A DNA stretch of 64,000 nucleotides, from contig CM059438.1 of NCBI GenBank assembly GCA_030390025.1, positions 67,086,001-67,150,000 of the forward strand. Direction: 5' to 3'. Positions 23,071 through 36,921 of the stretch are shown one piece after another (the stretch's first letter is position 1; each line of letters starts with the position of its first letter). The position numbers and the translations under genes are program-made. The notes beneath the pieces were generated by a model that searched no databases, was not told the origin of the DNA, and worked only from the letters and a program-made list of their open reading frames with translations. This DNA comes from Squalus acanthias. Lineage: Eukaryota.

Positions 23071-24127
23071 ATCTCTTCTAAGCCTAGTTTCTCTCCTGCA
23101 AATAGCCTATCCTAACAATTATGAGCCCTACGGTTGAGTATTGCCTTCCTTTGTACCTTTGTCGGGTGCTTGATATTCCATGTCATGTGCGGGGACCAAA
23201 ACTGGGCACAATACTGGGGTTTTGTGTTTCAGCGTACAATCTTGATATCTCTGAGCATGTTCTAATTTAACTATTAAATACTGTGGCAAACTAGTTTAAG
23301 TTCCTTCAGTGTGCTTGATCAAATAATGAACTTCTCATTTCCGATGAATTCAGCAGAGAAATTCTGGCATTAATGCAAGAGTATTGTCGTGTTCTGTCAT
23401 CTTAAGTTTCTATTTCTCTGTGACAAACAAACATTTTTTTTGTCTGTATTAGATTATTGATTTGAATCTCCTATTGCTAGAACCAGTGCCTGCAGCATAA
23501 ATTATGTTTCTTTGTGAGCTGGTTCTGCAAGGCACAGAGGATACACATTATGGCAGTCAATGGTTAAACGATATGTGGCTGGGAAGTGGCTTCTGCAGAA
23601 CGAAGGCGTTTCAATGTGTTAATGTAGGTTAAATGCTGAGGCAGTTGGGGTTTGCCTGAGGTTGTCTGAACCAAGTCTTCAGCTAGCAGAGGATCTGCAT
23701 TAAGTCAGCTTTCCAACCAGCAGAAGAACAAGTCGAGTTCTGTGGCTGGGATTCACCACATAAGGAGTTAACTTCGGCTTTAAAAGAGCGATAGCCCAAG
23801 GAAAGGAGTCTTCATTATTTTGGAAATATATCGGGAAGTATAGCAAAGTTTAGAAATTATGTGCAACATGCTGTTTTATTCTATACATTGTTAAATTACT
23901 CTTTTTATTTAAATAAGCCATCTGTTGGTTTAAAGCTCGAGTCTCGGCCAGATAGACCGTATACTCAGTCTGCCTATTCAAAGAGAAATGAATCATATAG
24001 TGGCATGTGGTTCATTCCAGTAATCCAGAATACAGTGGCAAGGGTTGTTTATTTGACCCCAGGTCTCACAATCATTTACTTGGGCAGATAAAAGCACACT
24101 CTAGATCATAGGTGACGTGAGCCCACT

Positions 24128-24305
24128 TACATTCATCGTCGCTGGGTCAAAATCCTGGAACTCCCTACCTGACAGCACTGTGGGAGCACCTTCACCACAT
24201 GGACTGCAGCAGTTCAAGAAGGCGGCTCACCACCACCTTCTCATGGGCAATTAGGGATGGGCAATAAATGCTGGCCTTGCCAGCGACGCCCACATCCCAT
24301 AAACA
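24128..24305 (+). mobile_element. LINE 3' end (CR1/L2-group, family unassigned)
   Basis: Encodes ..KSWNSLPDSTV..GLQQFKKAAHHHLL, followed by a 3' UTR shared with the SINE at 56110..56540. Confidence 0.7.
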
Positions 24306-27300
24306 AATTTTAAAAAAACATGATGGGTTGGTAGTGACAGAACTTAAGTAGAATATCCAAACCCCCCAAAAATGTGACAGGCTCCCATTCCTTTTTCCTT
24401 GCATCCTGTTCCCTGATTTATTTATTTTTGCCAATTTTTACCTTTTCCTTTTCTGACTCTCCGTGGTCAATGGTGTCAGTGTCAGGCAATGGAACTCTTC
24501 CTTTTGGCAGCTGGCAGCAGGATCAAGCATTACCAGGTTGGGTTTTATACAATGTTATAAAGACACAGAGTTTACAATGTGGGGTGGGTCTTGCGAAGGT
24601 ACTTTCAGAGCACAGGTAGGTTTACCTAAGATCTGTTGATTAAATCTCATTCAGAATATTGTAGAGGTGCAGTGTTTCCAGGAAGCTGTCTGATTGCACA
24701 TTCTAGGCACCTCCTCCCTCATTGATGATGTCTTTTGAGGGACAGAATCTAAACCCCCATTTGGCTAAAAGTGCTGAAATGTTAGATACGTATTACATTG
24801 AATTACATAGAACTCACAACACAAAAAACAGGCCATTCAGCCCAACTGGTCTATGCCAGTGATTATGCTCCACACGAGTCTCCTCCTACCTTACTTCATC
24901 TCACCTTATCAGCATATCCATCTATTCCTTTCTCCCTCATGCACTTATCCAGCTTCCCCTTAAATGTATCTATGCTATTCGTCTCAACTACTCCATGTTC
25001 CACATTCTAACCAATCTCTGGGTAAAAAAGTTTCTCCTGAATTCCTTATTATTTATTAGTGACTATCTTATATTTATGGGCTCTAGCTTTGGATTCCCCC
25101 ACAATTTACATGCAGGATAAAGTTCTTTCAGCTCTGCCTCCACAATATACTCTAACCTCAGAAGAATGCCATCTGGTGTGCCTGACATTTCCGTTTGCTA
25201 CACCAGTCATCCTTGTGGGCCTCATGAGTTACATTACCAATTTTAAAGCTGTTAAGAACCAACTGCCCAGACCCATTTCGCTTGAGACTCTCTTAAATCC
25301 TTCAAAGAAAAGAGACTTTTACTTCATCAGTCTGGGTTTGGATTCAGATTCAGGTCCCAGAGATGAAGGGATAGAAAAGAGTCCGTACTGGATACTAAAT
25401 TGGCTCTGTTGGTGTCAGAGGCCACGGGATCAGCTGGAATGGGAAAGGAATTATCATATTGGCACAGGCTGGCTGTTTGCTGAAAGTCTCCTGATGCTCA
25501 ATGGAGCCTGAAGGAAAAAGGTCTAACTGTGACTGACTTCTAAAGAGTGCAGTGAACAGTGACTTTTTGCTTTGATTTTATGTTTCGGCTTCAGTCCACA
25601 TACAGGCTCTGATTAAAAAGAAATATATTTTTAAAAGCCACAGTCAGAGTGAGGCTTTAGGAGGTAAGTATTTAACCTTTACCCTTAAATACCCTTTAGA
25701 TATTTTTAGATACTTTTTTTCAAATTAAAGCTACTGGTTCCCCTAGCCATTGATCTTTCCGTTACTCCCCTCCTCCTGAAGGTACCGACCTTTGCTGCGG
25801 TGCAATTCTGTGAGTCCATGCAGACACCTAGTGCCTTGCCCTAGTGACCATACTTTATTTGTGAGACGGTGTGGTCAGTGATGGCGGGTTATTCGCCTTC
25901 AGGGGAAAATTGCAGCTGGGCCTGATCCCTATCTGACATGCACCCGAAGGTATTTCCCAGCAGGGGGTCACTGGATCAAGGCCATCCCAGCCTGTTAGCA
26001 CTCCAGTCAATGACCTACAGGGGAATATTAACAAGTAAGAACCTGATTGTAGGGGGTCCATTCCATTTGCATGTAGTACATGGGACACCTAGGATTAACG
26101 ACTAGGCCTTAAATGGATCAAAGAATTCAAGAACCAGCCAACACCCATTAAAAGAGCAAGACAGGAGAGCTTTTTTTTAAAAAAAAATCTGATATCTTGG
26201 TTTAAAAAAGTAATACATAGTTTGGAATTGTGGGGCTGGCATTATTTTTGGGTCAGTTTTTATGTGGGTGTCATGGTAAACCCTGGGCAAACCATTTCAC
26301 CGAGTTGATGCATCATACCAGTACTAAATGATTCATGATCATGATATTGCAACATTGTTGAGTAATACTTCATATTTGGTCACTGGGAAATATTGAGATT
26401 GACAGTGACTCAATTGGTAGAGATTTCTGTAAGTCTCTCCCTTTGAGCAGATCCGTCTGCATTACATGTCATAGAAACACACTCTGTCTGGAATCTCAGC
26501 AACTTAGTTACTCCACAGAGATGTTTTTTTTAATTTAAGGTTTCCATATTAATGTCCAAATGCATGGATTGACTGATGCTCAGTGTGCAAGCTGAACCGA
26601 GCAAACTTGCATCATGATAGGTGACTTACTTCCTTCGCTGTATCTAGCAAGCTTGCACTTTCTATTTCTTTTCCCCCTCCAGTTGCCTTCAGTACCTCGC
26701 CCAAGTGGCTGATCCTTAAGTGAGTGCCGGCAGGCTAATCAACCATGGGTTGGGCATCGAAGCCCAGCCTGCTCCTGTCTTCACTCAACGTTGAAGTGCA
26801 CACAATAGTGATTGGGAGGGGAAACCCTTTCTTACCCAGAGTCACAGAGGCCGATTGTAGCCCATCCACTGCCGCCCTGGTGAGAGCAGCAAACTTCGCA
26901 CAGCCCAAGGATGGAATCTGGGACCTTCCAAGACTGTGGAGCTCAGCTCCATATTACGCAGTGTACTTAGGTTAAGCAGCCAATGGCTGTGACCACCGTA
27001 TCAAGGCCTGAAAGGTTTCCAAGGGCACATGAGTAGGACAAATGTACCACTGAATAAGTGCAAAAAGCTCACACGAAGAGAAACTTAAAGTGAAGCCTTC
27101 CCTTCTTGCGCTGATGTGAAATCACTGAGCTCTCCCTTACCCACTCCCTCAATGCCCTCCACGCCTATTAATTGAAGGGCTTGCTACCCATACCAGTTCG
27201 GTGGTCTGCTCCCAGTGCATGTCCCCTCGCAAAGAGAAATTTTGCATTAGAAATTAAGACTATGTCCAGCACATCCCAGTGCACATTAAAAAGTTTCAGG

Positions 27301-27957
27301 CAGCGTAGACAAATTATTCATGTTAGCCAACCTCACAGAGGTGGGTCTGGGCCACCAGTCAAATTGCGCGGGTATGTTCATGAATGCTGGGAGCTCAGGC
27401 AATTTTAGGCCCAACCACAATATTGGCCAGACGATCTAATGAGCATGAGCATCACAAAGTGGACAGCGATACTCTGGAATAGGTAGAGAAGAGCCAGATG
27501 TTGGTCCCAAGTGTAATGGGGGTGATCATAAACAAACCTTGGAGCAGCTTACCCTCCACGGTCCAAACAGAAGGTCAAGAAGGATCTCATTGAGGTTTTA
27601 AAAAATATATTAAGAGATATAGATAAAGGAAAGCCAGATTATTAATTCAGAGTAAATTACAAATGAGTGAAAAGCAATTTTACTTTGAATGTACAGCACA
27701 CAAACAGGCCATTTGGTGTTTATGCTCCACATGAGTCTCCTCCCACACTTCTTCGTCTCACCCTATCTGCATATCCTTCTATTCCTTTCTCCCTCATGTA
27801 TTTATCTAGCTTCCCCTTAAATGCATCTATGCTATTCGTCTCAATTGCTCCTTTTGGTAGCGAGTTCCACATTCTAACCACAAATTTAAAATGGTTATTA
27901 GAATGTCTTTATTAAAAGAGGATAAAAGTTGGGAATAAGTAATGGAGGTAAAGTCAT

Positions 27958-28848
27958 GGGGGGAGAAATTCGGTTGGTTTGCGCCTCCTGTTAGCGCCTT
28001 AAGAGGGCGCTAATGGGGCGTAAAGCAACTAGCACCCGTGCGTGGCAATGTTTGCGCTGCTCACAAAATTAACTAGACATTTTGCGGCGGCGCTAAACAC
28101 TACTGCCACGATCTCCTGCGCCGGCAGATCGTGACGTCAGTCGAGAGTGCAAAGCCCCGGTAGCACCCCAGACCAGATATTGAGTGGCGCCCCCTGTCTT
28201 ACCGCCTGCCGCTAGCAATGACAGGTTGAGGGGAGCGTTTTGCAGTCGGGAAGGGACTGGGGGAGCGCTATTTAAAGGCGACTGCTTCCTGCCTTTTTTT
28301 GTCGGCGAAATTTTTGCACTACGCATTCTGAGTGAGAGAGAGAGACTGCAGGAGATATTCAAAGCTGTGTTGAGGAGTTTTGGGTACTGAGCAGCACTTT
28401 GCAGGTTCTTTCTGATTTGATCTTCCTTGCATCGATTTAGAAGAGACTAGGGGGCTGCACTCTGAGCTCCTTCCCTGGGCCTCTCCATTGTTCTTTCCAA
28501 CAGATTTGATGTACAGGTCTCTCCAGGCCGAGATTCAAGGCTGCAATGAGCAGGGTGTGGATGGAGAGCAAGATCTACCATCCCCTTTAAGAACTGGCCG
28601 GCGCCAGTGTGCCTGTGTTCCATTGCTGACTGACATCACATGAACTTCGCCAGCGCTCTGAGGTAGCGCCTCGCTCCTCGGCCTTTGCGCCTTAAGACAG
28701 GTGTGCAGTGGCTGATTTAGCGCTCCAATCACCTCCAGGGGTGATAAAAGCCAAGTTTGCAGTCAGAGGCGATAATTAGCGGCAGGCACTAAACTTTGCG
28801 CCCGGCTGATAATTGCGCCCCAAATGGGGCGATACTGAATTTCTCCCC
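27958..28848. mobile_element. Harbinger-type MITE, family C
   Basis: TIRs GGGGAGAAATTC / GAATTTCTCCCC, TSD CAT (27955-27957, 28849-28851), CpG-rich body with repeated GCGCC/TAGCGC motifs. Confidence 0.8.
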
Positions 28849-29454
28849 CATAGAGTCATACACTAGAGAAAGGGTAGTTAAATGTTTGGCTGGGAGATTT
28901 ATGATACAAGAGAGGTGTGCTTTGATGGACTGAGTGGTTTTCTCAACCTTGGTTGTTAAGGAAATATAAACACAAGGCCATACAAAGACTCATTAACAAT
29001 AGTGAAGAGAAAGCCTGGTTCATGTTCTGGGTGAAAGACTCTTGATCAGAACCTCTCTTTTCTCTATTTGTTTGGACCTGTTATGTATTTCCAACATTTT
29101 ATAATTTTATTTCAATTTCCATCATTTAATGTCTATTTATCTTGATCCGTATGACTCAGTATCTGTTGGCTTAACACATGCACTATTCAAGTTTCAAATG
29201 GACAGGATTGTTTTAAAATTATCTAAGTGTGGAGACCTTTTCACCAACAATACCACCTACATCATTTTTGATTAGTCTCCTTCCCCACATGTTGGCCTGT
29301 TAATAACACAGAGCAGATATATTATGGGGACAACATTGCTTAAAGTTCTTGGACAAAACCATCATGGCTGTTATCAGTAATAACTTGGTGTTTGCAACTT
29401 CTATTAATGTATCCACCAGTGAGTTTCTGGGAACATTGATGATCAATCAGTGAA

Positions 29455-29945
29455 AGAAAAAAGAAAGAACTTCCATTTATTAGCGCCTTTTACAACCTCT
29501 TGACATTCCAATACACTTTACAGCCAATGAGGTACTTTGAAGTGTAGTCACTGTTATAATGTAGGAAACACAGCAGCCAATTTGCGCAAAGCAGCAATGA
29601 GATAATGACCAGATAATCCGTTTTTAGTGATGTTGGTTGAGGGATAAATATTGACCAGGACAATGGGAGAACTTTCCTGTTATTCTTTGAAATAGTGCCA
29701 GAGGATCTTTTACTTTCCTGTTATTCTTTGAAATAGTGCCAGAGGATCTTTTACGTCCACCTGAGCGGGCAGACGGGGCCTCGGTGTAACATCACATCCG
29801 AAAGATGGCACCTCCGATAGTGCAGCACTCCCTCAGCACTGCACTGGAGTGTCAGCCTAGAGTTTGTGCTCAAGTCCCTGGAGTGGGACTGTGAACCCAC
29901 AACCTTCTGACATCAGAGGTGAGAGTGCTACCACGAAGCCACCAC
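29455..29945 (-). mobile_element. tRNA-headed SINE (DeuSINE/SacSINE1-like) with L2-type tail; contains a 41-bp tandem duplication (29671-29752)
   Basis: Reverse complement of the 36922..37360 element. Confidence 0.8.
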
Positions 29946-30839
29946 TGTGGTGCAAGGTTTGCTACTAACTGCAGATACATGCAAACCATTTACAGGAAGG
30001 GAATGGAGGATTAGGTGCAACAAAAGAGAATTTCATGCTCTTTGTTCTCCCTGATGTCTTAAAGCAGATTTTCAGCCGTTGTAGTGTTCCTGACTATATT
30101 ATGTAATTACTAATGTATCCAACAGAGGGAGTGCTGCCTGGAGTAACACTAATTGATTTGGTAAACTGCTGGAAGAAAGGTCGAAGATCAACAAGTTAGT
30201 ATTAAGACTGTTGAAGCAATGATCTGAAGCTGAGTCAAAAACAGATGGTGATCTGTAAAGGGAGTCGTTACTCTTCAATTTTATTCATATACAGTTCCTT
30301 ACGCAACAGCTGTGACCTTGAACTGTCAGAAGGCAACCAGCATGACACCTACTGTAAATGTGTCCAATTAGTTGACATATTTACCTATAATTGCCAAAAC
30401 AAAAATTTCACAATTTAGAAAAGGAACAGAATATTTCCCTGATTACAAGTTTTATAAAAGTCACATTATGGAATGTTTTCATTTTTAAATGACGATAATA
30501 TAGTAATGCTTTGGGTAGGAGAAAGACCATTGGTCTGTCAGTCGATCCTTCCAAATCTCCTGTCCATTTCTTTTCCATGTTTATGGAATTAATAGCCCTA
30601 TTCCCCCTTTCCTAATCGGGGTTCATCCCAATCTTATTTAATGCGTGTAATGGTTGTCTGTTCAACCACACTGCAATTCTACCACCTCGTTGCTTAAAAT
30701 AATGTTGCCAACGCTCCTATTTTGTGAATTATTGTGGCATTGTGGTGGTGGGCAACAGCACTGGGTAATACAACAATCTCGCATTTCGGACATTCATTGT
30801 CACCATCATCCACTTCTAGGTCAGGGACAGCTCGGGTAG

Positions 30840-31145
30840 ATATTTTGTTTTGCTTGATAACACTTCTGTGAAGCACCTTGGGACGTTTTACTATGTTAAA
30901 GGTGCTATATAGATGCACATTGTTGTTGCAGTGTGAAAGTCCCATCACTCCTTCCTAACAACATGCCTTAACCTCCCTCTCCTCCTTTAGGACCCTCCCT
31001 AAAACCTATCTGTTTGACCAAGCTTTTGGTCACACCTGATGCCCTCTTCTTTACCTCGGCATCCACTTTTACCCCATTATGCTTCAGTGAAGCCCCGTGA
31101 GATATGTTTGCATGTTAAAGGTGCTATATAAATGCAAGTTGTTGT
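30840..31145 (+). mobile_element. Two L2 3' tail fragments
   Basis: GTGAAGCACCTTGGGACGTTTTACTATGTTAAAGGTGCTATA..., matching the L2 tail at 57740-57790. Confidence 0.75.
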
Positions 31146-31431
31146 TGATGATGGTTGTGCTATAATAACGCAATTCATCTGGAGGGTATCATGATTGCAA
31201 AGCCACACCCAAGTTGCACTGTGTTACATTATTGTACATTACCAATGGACTATTAAAAACTGGCTTAAAATGTTGGTGGAACAGCAAAGGCGAATTGTGT
31301 GGTCAATATGTGATACGGTTCTTAATGTAAATCATCTTTATTGGAGGACAGTAACTGGCTGTTAAGAAAAAACTGGCTGTTAAGAAGTCCATCACTTGAC
31401 ACTTGTGTAGTAGAATAAACTTCTGGCTCAT

Positions 31432-31830
31432 CTTTACAGCCAATGAAGTACATCTGAAGTGTAGTCACTGTTGTAATGTAGGAAACACGGCAGCTAATTT
31501 GCACACAGCAAGATCCCACAAACAGCATTGAGATAATGGCATGATGATCTGTTTTAGTGAATGTTGGTTGAGGGATAAATATTGGCCAGGACACCGGGGA
31601 GTACGCCCTTGCTCCTCTTCGAAATAGTGCCATGGGATCTTTTACGTCCACCTGAGAGGGCAGATGGGGCCTCGGTTTAACGTTTCTCCCAAAAGACGGC
31701 ACCTCTGATAATGCAGCATTCCCTCAGTACTGCACTGGAGCGACTTCCTACATTATATGCTCAAGTCTCTGGAGAGGGACTTGAACCCACCACGGTCTGA
31801 CACAGAGGTGAGAGTGCAACCTCTGAGCCA
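31432..31830 (-). mobile_element. SINE of the same DeuSINE-like family
   Basis: Homologous to 29455..29945 and 36922..37360. Confidence 0.8.
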
Positions 31831-32382
31831 TGGGAAGAGGCAGAGAATATAAAAGGCAAGAGGTAATGATGAGTGTATATGAAACCTTAACACCTCAGTT
31901 AGAATAATGTGTGCAGTGTTCGTGGCAGAAACTTTGTCAACATTCAAGATGAGATTGGATAGGTCAATGAAGGGACATGGGAACAGGGTAGATAAAAGTA
32001 ATTAGGACTATTTGCTCAGATGGAGGGTAAGACTGACAGGGACTTGTTAGGACGAATGGCTTGTTTCCATGTTGTAACTTCTCTGTATTTCTATGCACCT
32101 GAAACTAATGAAGACAATACTAAGGAGATTTTCTTTGCTCTTTAATTTTGCTCCAGAGGTGATAAGAGCCGTACATTATTGTTATCCTGCTCACACCGCA
32201 CACATGCGATACCATCTACGTTGTTGCACCGTTTTTTTGTTAAACACTTTTCCACGAGTGTCTGATTTCTCCTTTCAGATTGCCTTTTGAAAAGCCAATT
32301 CCTGATAAACTATTGATTTATAATTGAGTAAAACAAATTCTGAAGATCCAGGTAATTCACTAATCAGAATCAAATACTGAGC

Positions 32383-32916
32383 ATAAGAACATAAGAATTA
32401 GGAGCAGCAGTAGGCCATGTGTTCCCTCGAGCCTGCTCCGCCATTCAATAAGATCATGGCTGATTTTCCCACCCGATCTCCATATCCCTTGATTCTCCAT
32501 GAGTCCAAAAACGATCTATCTCAGCCTTGAATATACTCAATGACTCAGCATCCACAGCCCTCTGTGGGAGAGAATTCCAAAGATTCACAATCCTGTGGGG
32601 GGAGAAGCGGGTGAAGAAATTTCTCCTCATCACAGTCTTAAATGGCAAACCCGTTATCCTGAGATTATGACCCCTAGTTCTAGACTCTCCAACCAGGGGA
32701 AGCAACTTTTCATCTACCCTGTCAATTCCCCTCAGAATCTTATATGAAAGAGATCACCTCTCATTCTTCTAAACTCCAGAGATTACAGGCCCAATCTATC
32801 AATTTCTCCTCATAGGACAACCCTCTCATCCCAGGGATCAATCTAGTGAACCTTCGTTGCACCGCCTCTAAGGCAAGTGTGTCCTTCTTCAGATAAGGAG
32901 ACCAAAACTGTGCACA
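32383..32916 (-). mobile_element. CR1 3' fragment
   Basis: CAQFWSPYLKKD..RFTRLIPG, SRTRGH, WNSLPQRAV. CATAAGAA tail. Confidence 0.9.
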
Positions 32917-33225
32917 GAGCATTAAGAGAGAAATGAGGGAAGACAGAGGAGGAGACTTAGAGAGAGAGAGACAGAGAGAAAGACAGTGAGAGATAACAGA
33001 AGGAAAGAGACAGAGCAAGAAGGAGAGAGGCAATGATGGAGAGAAAAATAGAGACAGAGATAGAGAGACAGCGAGAGAGAGAGAGAGAGAGACAGAGAAA
33101 GATAGAGAAGGGGAGAGACCGAGACAAGAGGGAGAGAAAGAGAGACAAGATGGAGGGACAAAGGAATAGTGATTGAGAGAGAGAAAGAGACAAGAGGGAA
33201 TGACAGAAAGAGAGACACAAAGAGA
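32917..33225. repeat. GA-rich low-complexity tract
   Basis: Degenerate (GA)n/(GAGACA)n. Confidence 0.9.
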
Positions 33226-33343
33226 CTAATTTAATGCAGAAAAGTGCGAAGTGATACATTTTGGTAGAAAGAATGCAGAGAGGAAATATAAACTAAAGGG
33301 TACAATCCTAAAGGGGGTGCATGAACAGAGAGAGCCTAGGGGT
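33226..33343 (+). mobile_element. CR1 RT fragment
   Basis: FNAEKCEVIHFGRKN... Confidence 0.8.
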
Positions 33344-34620
33344 ATAACAGTTCCAGGATTTCACAGTAGGGTTGGGACAGCCGAGTAGAAATGCTTGTTA
33401 GACTGGGAGACAACCGGAAAGTTTCAGCGATTCTAAATCAGTATAGAATTTATTGCAGCCCAATATGCAGTTTTGACAATGACCTAAGTTCTATTCTAGG
33501 GCAACAGCCAATTTCAGGCTCCAAATACGATCGTAGCGGAACTGTCATTGCATATATTCTGATCCTAGTTCAAGAAAAATATTACCTGAACCGAGCAACG
33601 TGGACAGACTTTTCTGTTTTTTGGGTATAGCAGGGTGATTGAGGGGCGGTATATGATGAGGTCTCTGATCCCCGATAAGGGTATGGCCCCTTTAAGAACC
33701 TTCCCTTTAAAGATATTTGCACCTGGAGTGGGAGCACCTGGAGTAAGGGGGGGGGGGGAGACTTTCCCCAGCTGGGTGAACATAAAAGGGGGGGTTCAGG
33801 GGAAGTAAGGGTTGAGAGAGAGGCGCTAAGAGTTGAAAAGATGGTTTTTGTGAGCTTGCTTTGTGTTACGTGCATTAAAATGTGCTTGGAACTTGGATTG
33901 ATCAACGACTACTGTTTGGAAAACAAAAGAAGGCTCCACGATGGTAGGACCTTGTAATGGGAGAAAAAGGTGAGTGAGAATCAAAACTTCTATTAGAGGT
34001 ACAGCCAATCCAGTTTCATTTCATATGCTCACTCGCTAGGATTCTGGGTGGGATTGTGGTCACCAGTTATTTAGCAATGGATGATTGTTGCTTTTGCCCT
34101 TCTTCCCCGTGATTAGACATTCCCTGGCAACTTCATGAGTGAGTCTCAGTCTTCTGGCTGATGAAGATGAGAAGCTTTGTTTGAAGTTCTGACAATAAAT
34201 TCTCCAGTAGATTGTTGTGAGACTTTTTACATTGAATTTTACTTTCTTGTGTCTGGTGGAAGAATGTTAGTGAAATATGCAGAACTGAAGAAAAGTCAAG
34301 GGCATTCAGCCCACTGTAGTTCACCCCTTAGAATATTGTAACGCTCTTCAGTTGAGTATCCAGTGTATGTCCTTAAAGTCTGCAGCTGTCTGGCAGATTA
34401 CTGTCACATTGCTTGAAGAAATTCCTTCTGGTATCTCCTAAATTTATTATGCGTGCATCACACCAGGTGTACATCACAGTTGTATTTGCACTAAAAGAAA
34501 AGGTTTAACATTAACAGATGTAAATATCCAACCTCTGAGACTGAGAGAATCCATGCCAGAAGCAGAGTCTCAGAAATTTAAGGCTCCCCATCAACTGCAG
34601 AGAACTTGCATTTCTATCAC

Positions 34621-35324
34621 GGCCTGGAGTTGCGCCTGTTTTTTTTTTCAGCGCAATGCGCCCAAGGTCAGCCGAGCCAGTGCAACAGATCGAGGACTTT
34701 CAAGCCCAACTTGCATCCAGCGCAAATCGAGTTTCCGCGATCTTTTGCGCTAGTCTAAAAAAAATTGCCGCTGAAAGCCGGCCCCGCCCACAAAGCTGGC
34801 AATCACCATGGCGATTTTCTACTAATTGTGACCGTTTGCGGCCCTTCGAGGAGGCTCTTAAAATTAAGCTTGTTTTTTAGTCGCAAGGACACTAAACTTT
34901 TAAAAGCTTTTAAATATTAAATATTTAATTTAACTAAGAAACTGACTAGTGTACACCAATGAAACTAGTAAAAATTCTGTGCCTTTTTTTAAAAAGTAAT
35001 TTGCAGTTATTTAAAAACGGGTTAATCACAGGTGGTGGACTTGACACTATTAAAATGCTTATCTTTTGTGATACACCCATTTTCAGCTGTATTAATCAAA
35101 CTGCACCAGGTTACCACTCTTAAATACATCAAGGAATAGTTTTTAATGCAAGAAAAAAAAGTGCAATTACATTTTAAAACGCTGCCCGATTGCATTGGTT
35201 CATGGAAAATGTTATGTTTGGCGATATGCAAATGTGCTTGAGTGGAAACTTGGGCAGCAAATTCAATTCAGAAAACTAGCGCAAATTTGAGTGCAATTTG
35301 CGCCCAAAGTGGAAACTCTACCCC
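34621..35324. mobile_element. Harbinger-type MITE, family D
   Basis: Imperfect TIRs GGCCTGGAGTT / AACTCTACCCC, TSD CAC (34618-34620, 35325-35327). Confidence 0.65.
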
Positions 35325-35479
35325 CACACCTTTCACATCTCCAGGATGTCGCAAACTGCTTCACAGACAAGGAATTACTTTTGAAGTGTAGTCACTATTC
35401 TCGTAGAGGCAAACACGACAGCCACTTTGCACATAGCGATGTCCCACAAAAACACTGATGAGCTGAGCGACCAGGTAAT

Positions 35480-36243
35480 GGCCCAGAAATTAAACATCGA
35501 TGGTTCCCGGGGGGGTAAGGATTCCCCGCGATATCGCACTCCGCGCCTACCTTTTTGTTTCGGACCCACACGAACTTCAGTTTCAGGGCCTCTCCCTGTT
35601 GCCAGCGTGCAGTGCTTGCGTGTCCCAGAGGCGCAATTAGTTTGTGCGAGCTCTGGGATCACGTGATTCAGTTAGAGCCAATGGCAGCACACCATCTTTC
35701 ATTCATAGTTTTGACAGCAAGGGCTGTCAAAGCTATGAATACTACAAGCCCCCAAAAGAACAGCTAAACCTCAATTAAATTTAAAAAAAAAGCCATCACA
35801 TTAATAAAATAAGTATAGTTAAATAAATTAACCACTTTAAACAAAAAATCAAATTTTTGAAAAAATTTAAAATCTTTTTAAAAGTTATAAAAATAAACTT
35901 ACCTTTCTTTAAAGTCTCTAAAAAAATAGACCTGTTGAAAAAAAATTAAAATAACACTTAATTAACTACTTACCTTGTTAAAAGGGGGTCCTACGCCTGC
36001 TTTCTTTATGTGTAAAATCTTCAACACTTACCTGCGCGTTTAAACCTGAAAAAAAAACTAAGTGCACTGCGTGCGCGCAACCTGTAGCGTGCACGCGGTT
36101 CACTTAGGAGCCGCCCCCTTTGCAATACACGAAGTGCCGGTTTCCCGCGCATGCGCAGTGCATGCAGGAAACCGGCAATTCTGGAACTAATACGCGAGAG
36201 TACACAGTGCGTACTCTCGCGTATTAGGTCTAATTTTCGGGCC
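35480..36243 (-). mobile_element. Harbinger-type MITE, family A, copy 2
   Basis: TIRs GGCCCAGAAATT / AATTTTCGGGCC, TSD AAT (35477-35479, 36244-36246). Inverted homolog of 6300..7043. Confidence 0.87.
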
Positions 36244-36921
36244 AATCTGTTTTGGTGGGTTGGTTGAGGGATTAATATTGGCCAGAACACTGGGAGAATT
36301 CCTCTGCTCTTCTTATAGTATTGTCATGGGCTCTTTTACATGCACCTGAGAGGGTAGATGGGGCTTCCGTTTAACTCATCTAATCCAAGAGATGGCACCT
36401 TCAACAGTACAGTTCTCCCTGTGCTAGCCTAGATTCTGTGCTCAAGACCTGGAGTCGGTTCTGCACTCACGACCTTCTGACTCAGAAGCAAGAATGCGAC
36501 CAAGGTGCCAAGGCTAACCACATTTTTGCTTTAAATATTTATTATTGGCACGTCTGTTTTCGACAAGGTGTGCTACCCTTGGTGGCACCAGTGGAATTGT
36601 GGTCATTTTCACAGTTTGCCACCGACTTCTGTGGCAGCAAACCATGACGTTAAACACACTGCTCAATGTTGAAGAAAATGCTGAGTTTTTGAGAGCATGA
36701 CTGTCGGACTTGTGCAGTGTTTGTAGATGGGATGAAGTATGACCTAAGTACTTGACCATTAACACCTCTGGTCAGAGCATGCCCTTCAGCAGTCCGCCAC
36801 CCCGGGATCAGACATTCTGAGCTACAAGGTGAGAATGAGCTGTCAGACACTCCTGCACTCTGCACTCTTTGGGGACATGCTGTTATAAATGGCACTTAAC
36901 TTCCCGTCACTGCTGAGTGAC

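Larger units (their letters stand above)
34603..36510 (-). mobile_element. DeuSINE-like SINE split by two MITEs (pieces at about 34603-34620, 35325-35479, 36244-36510)
   Basis: The SINE sequence is colinear once 34621..35324 and 35480..36243 are removed. Confidence 0.7.

Noticed and set aside
29020..29130. Fifth hammerhead motif
   Set aside because: It resembles the PLE 3' UTR, but the catalytic core boxes are not intact.
32922..33259. Leu/Ser-rich membrane-like ORFs
   Set aside because: Artefacts of the (GA)n low-complexity tract.
32383..33343. Twin-priming inversion of a single CR1
   Set aside because: The opposite-strand pieces are separated by about 300 bp of GA repeat, are not contiguous in ORF2, and show no shared TSD.
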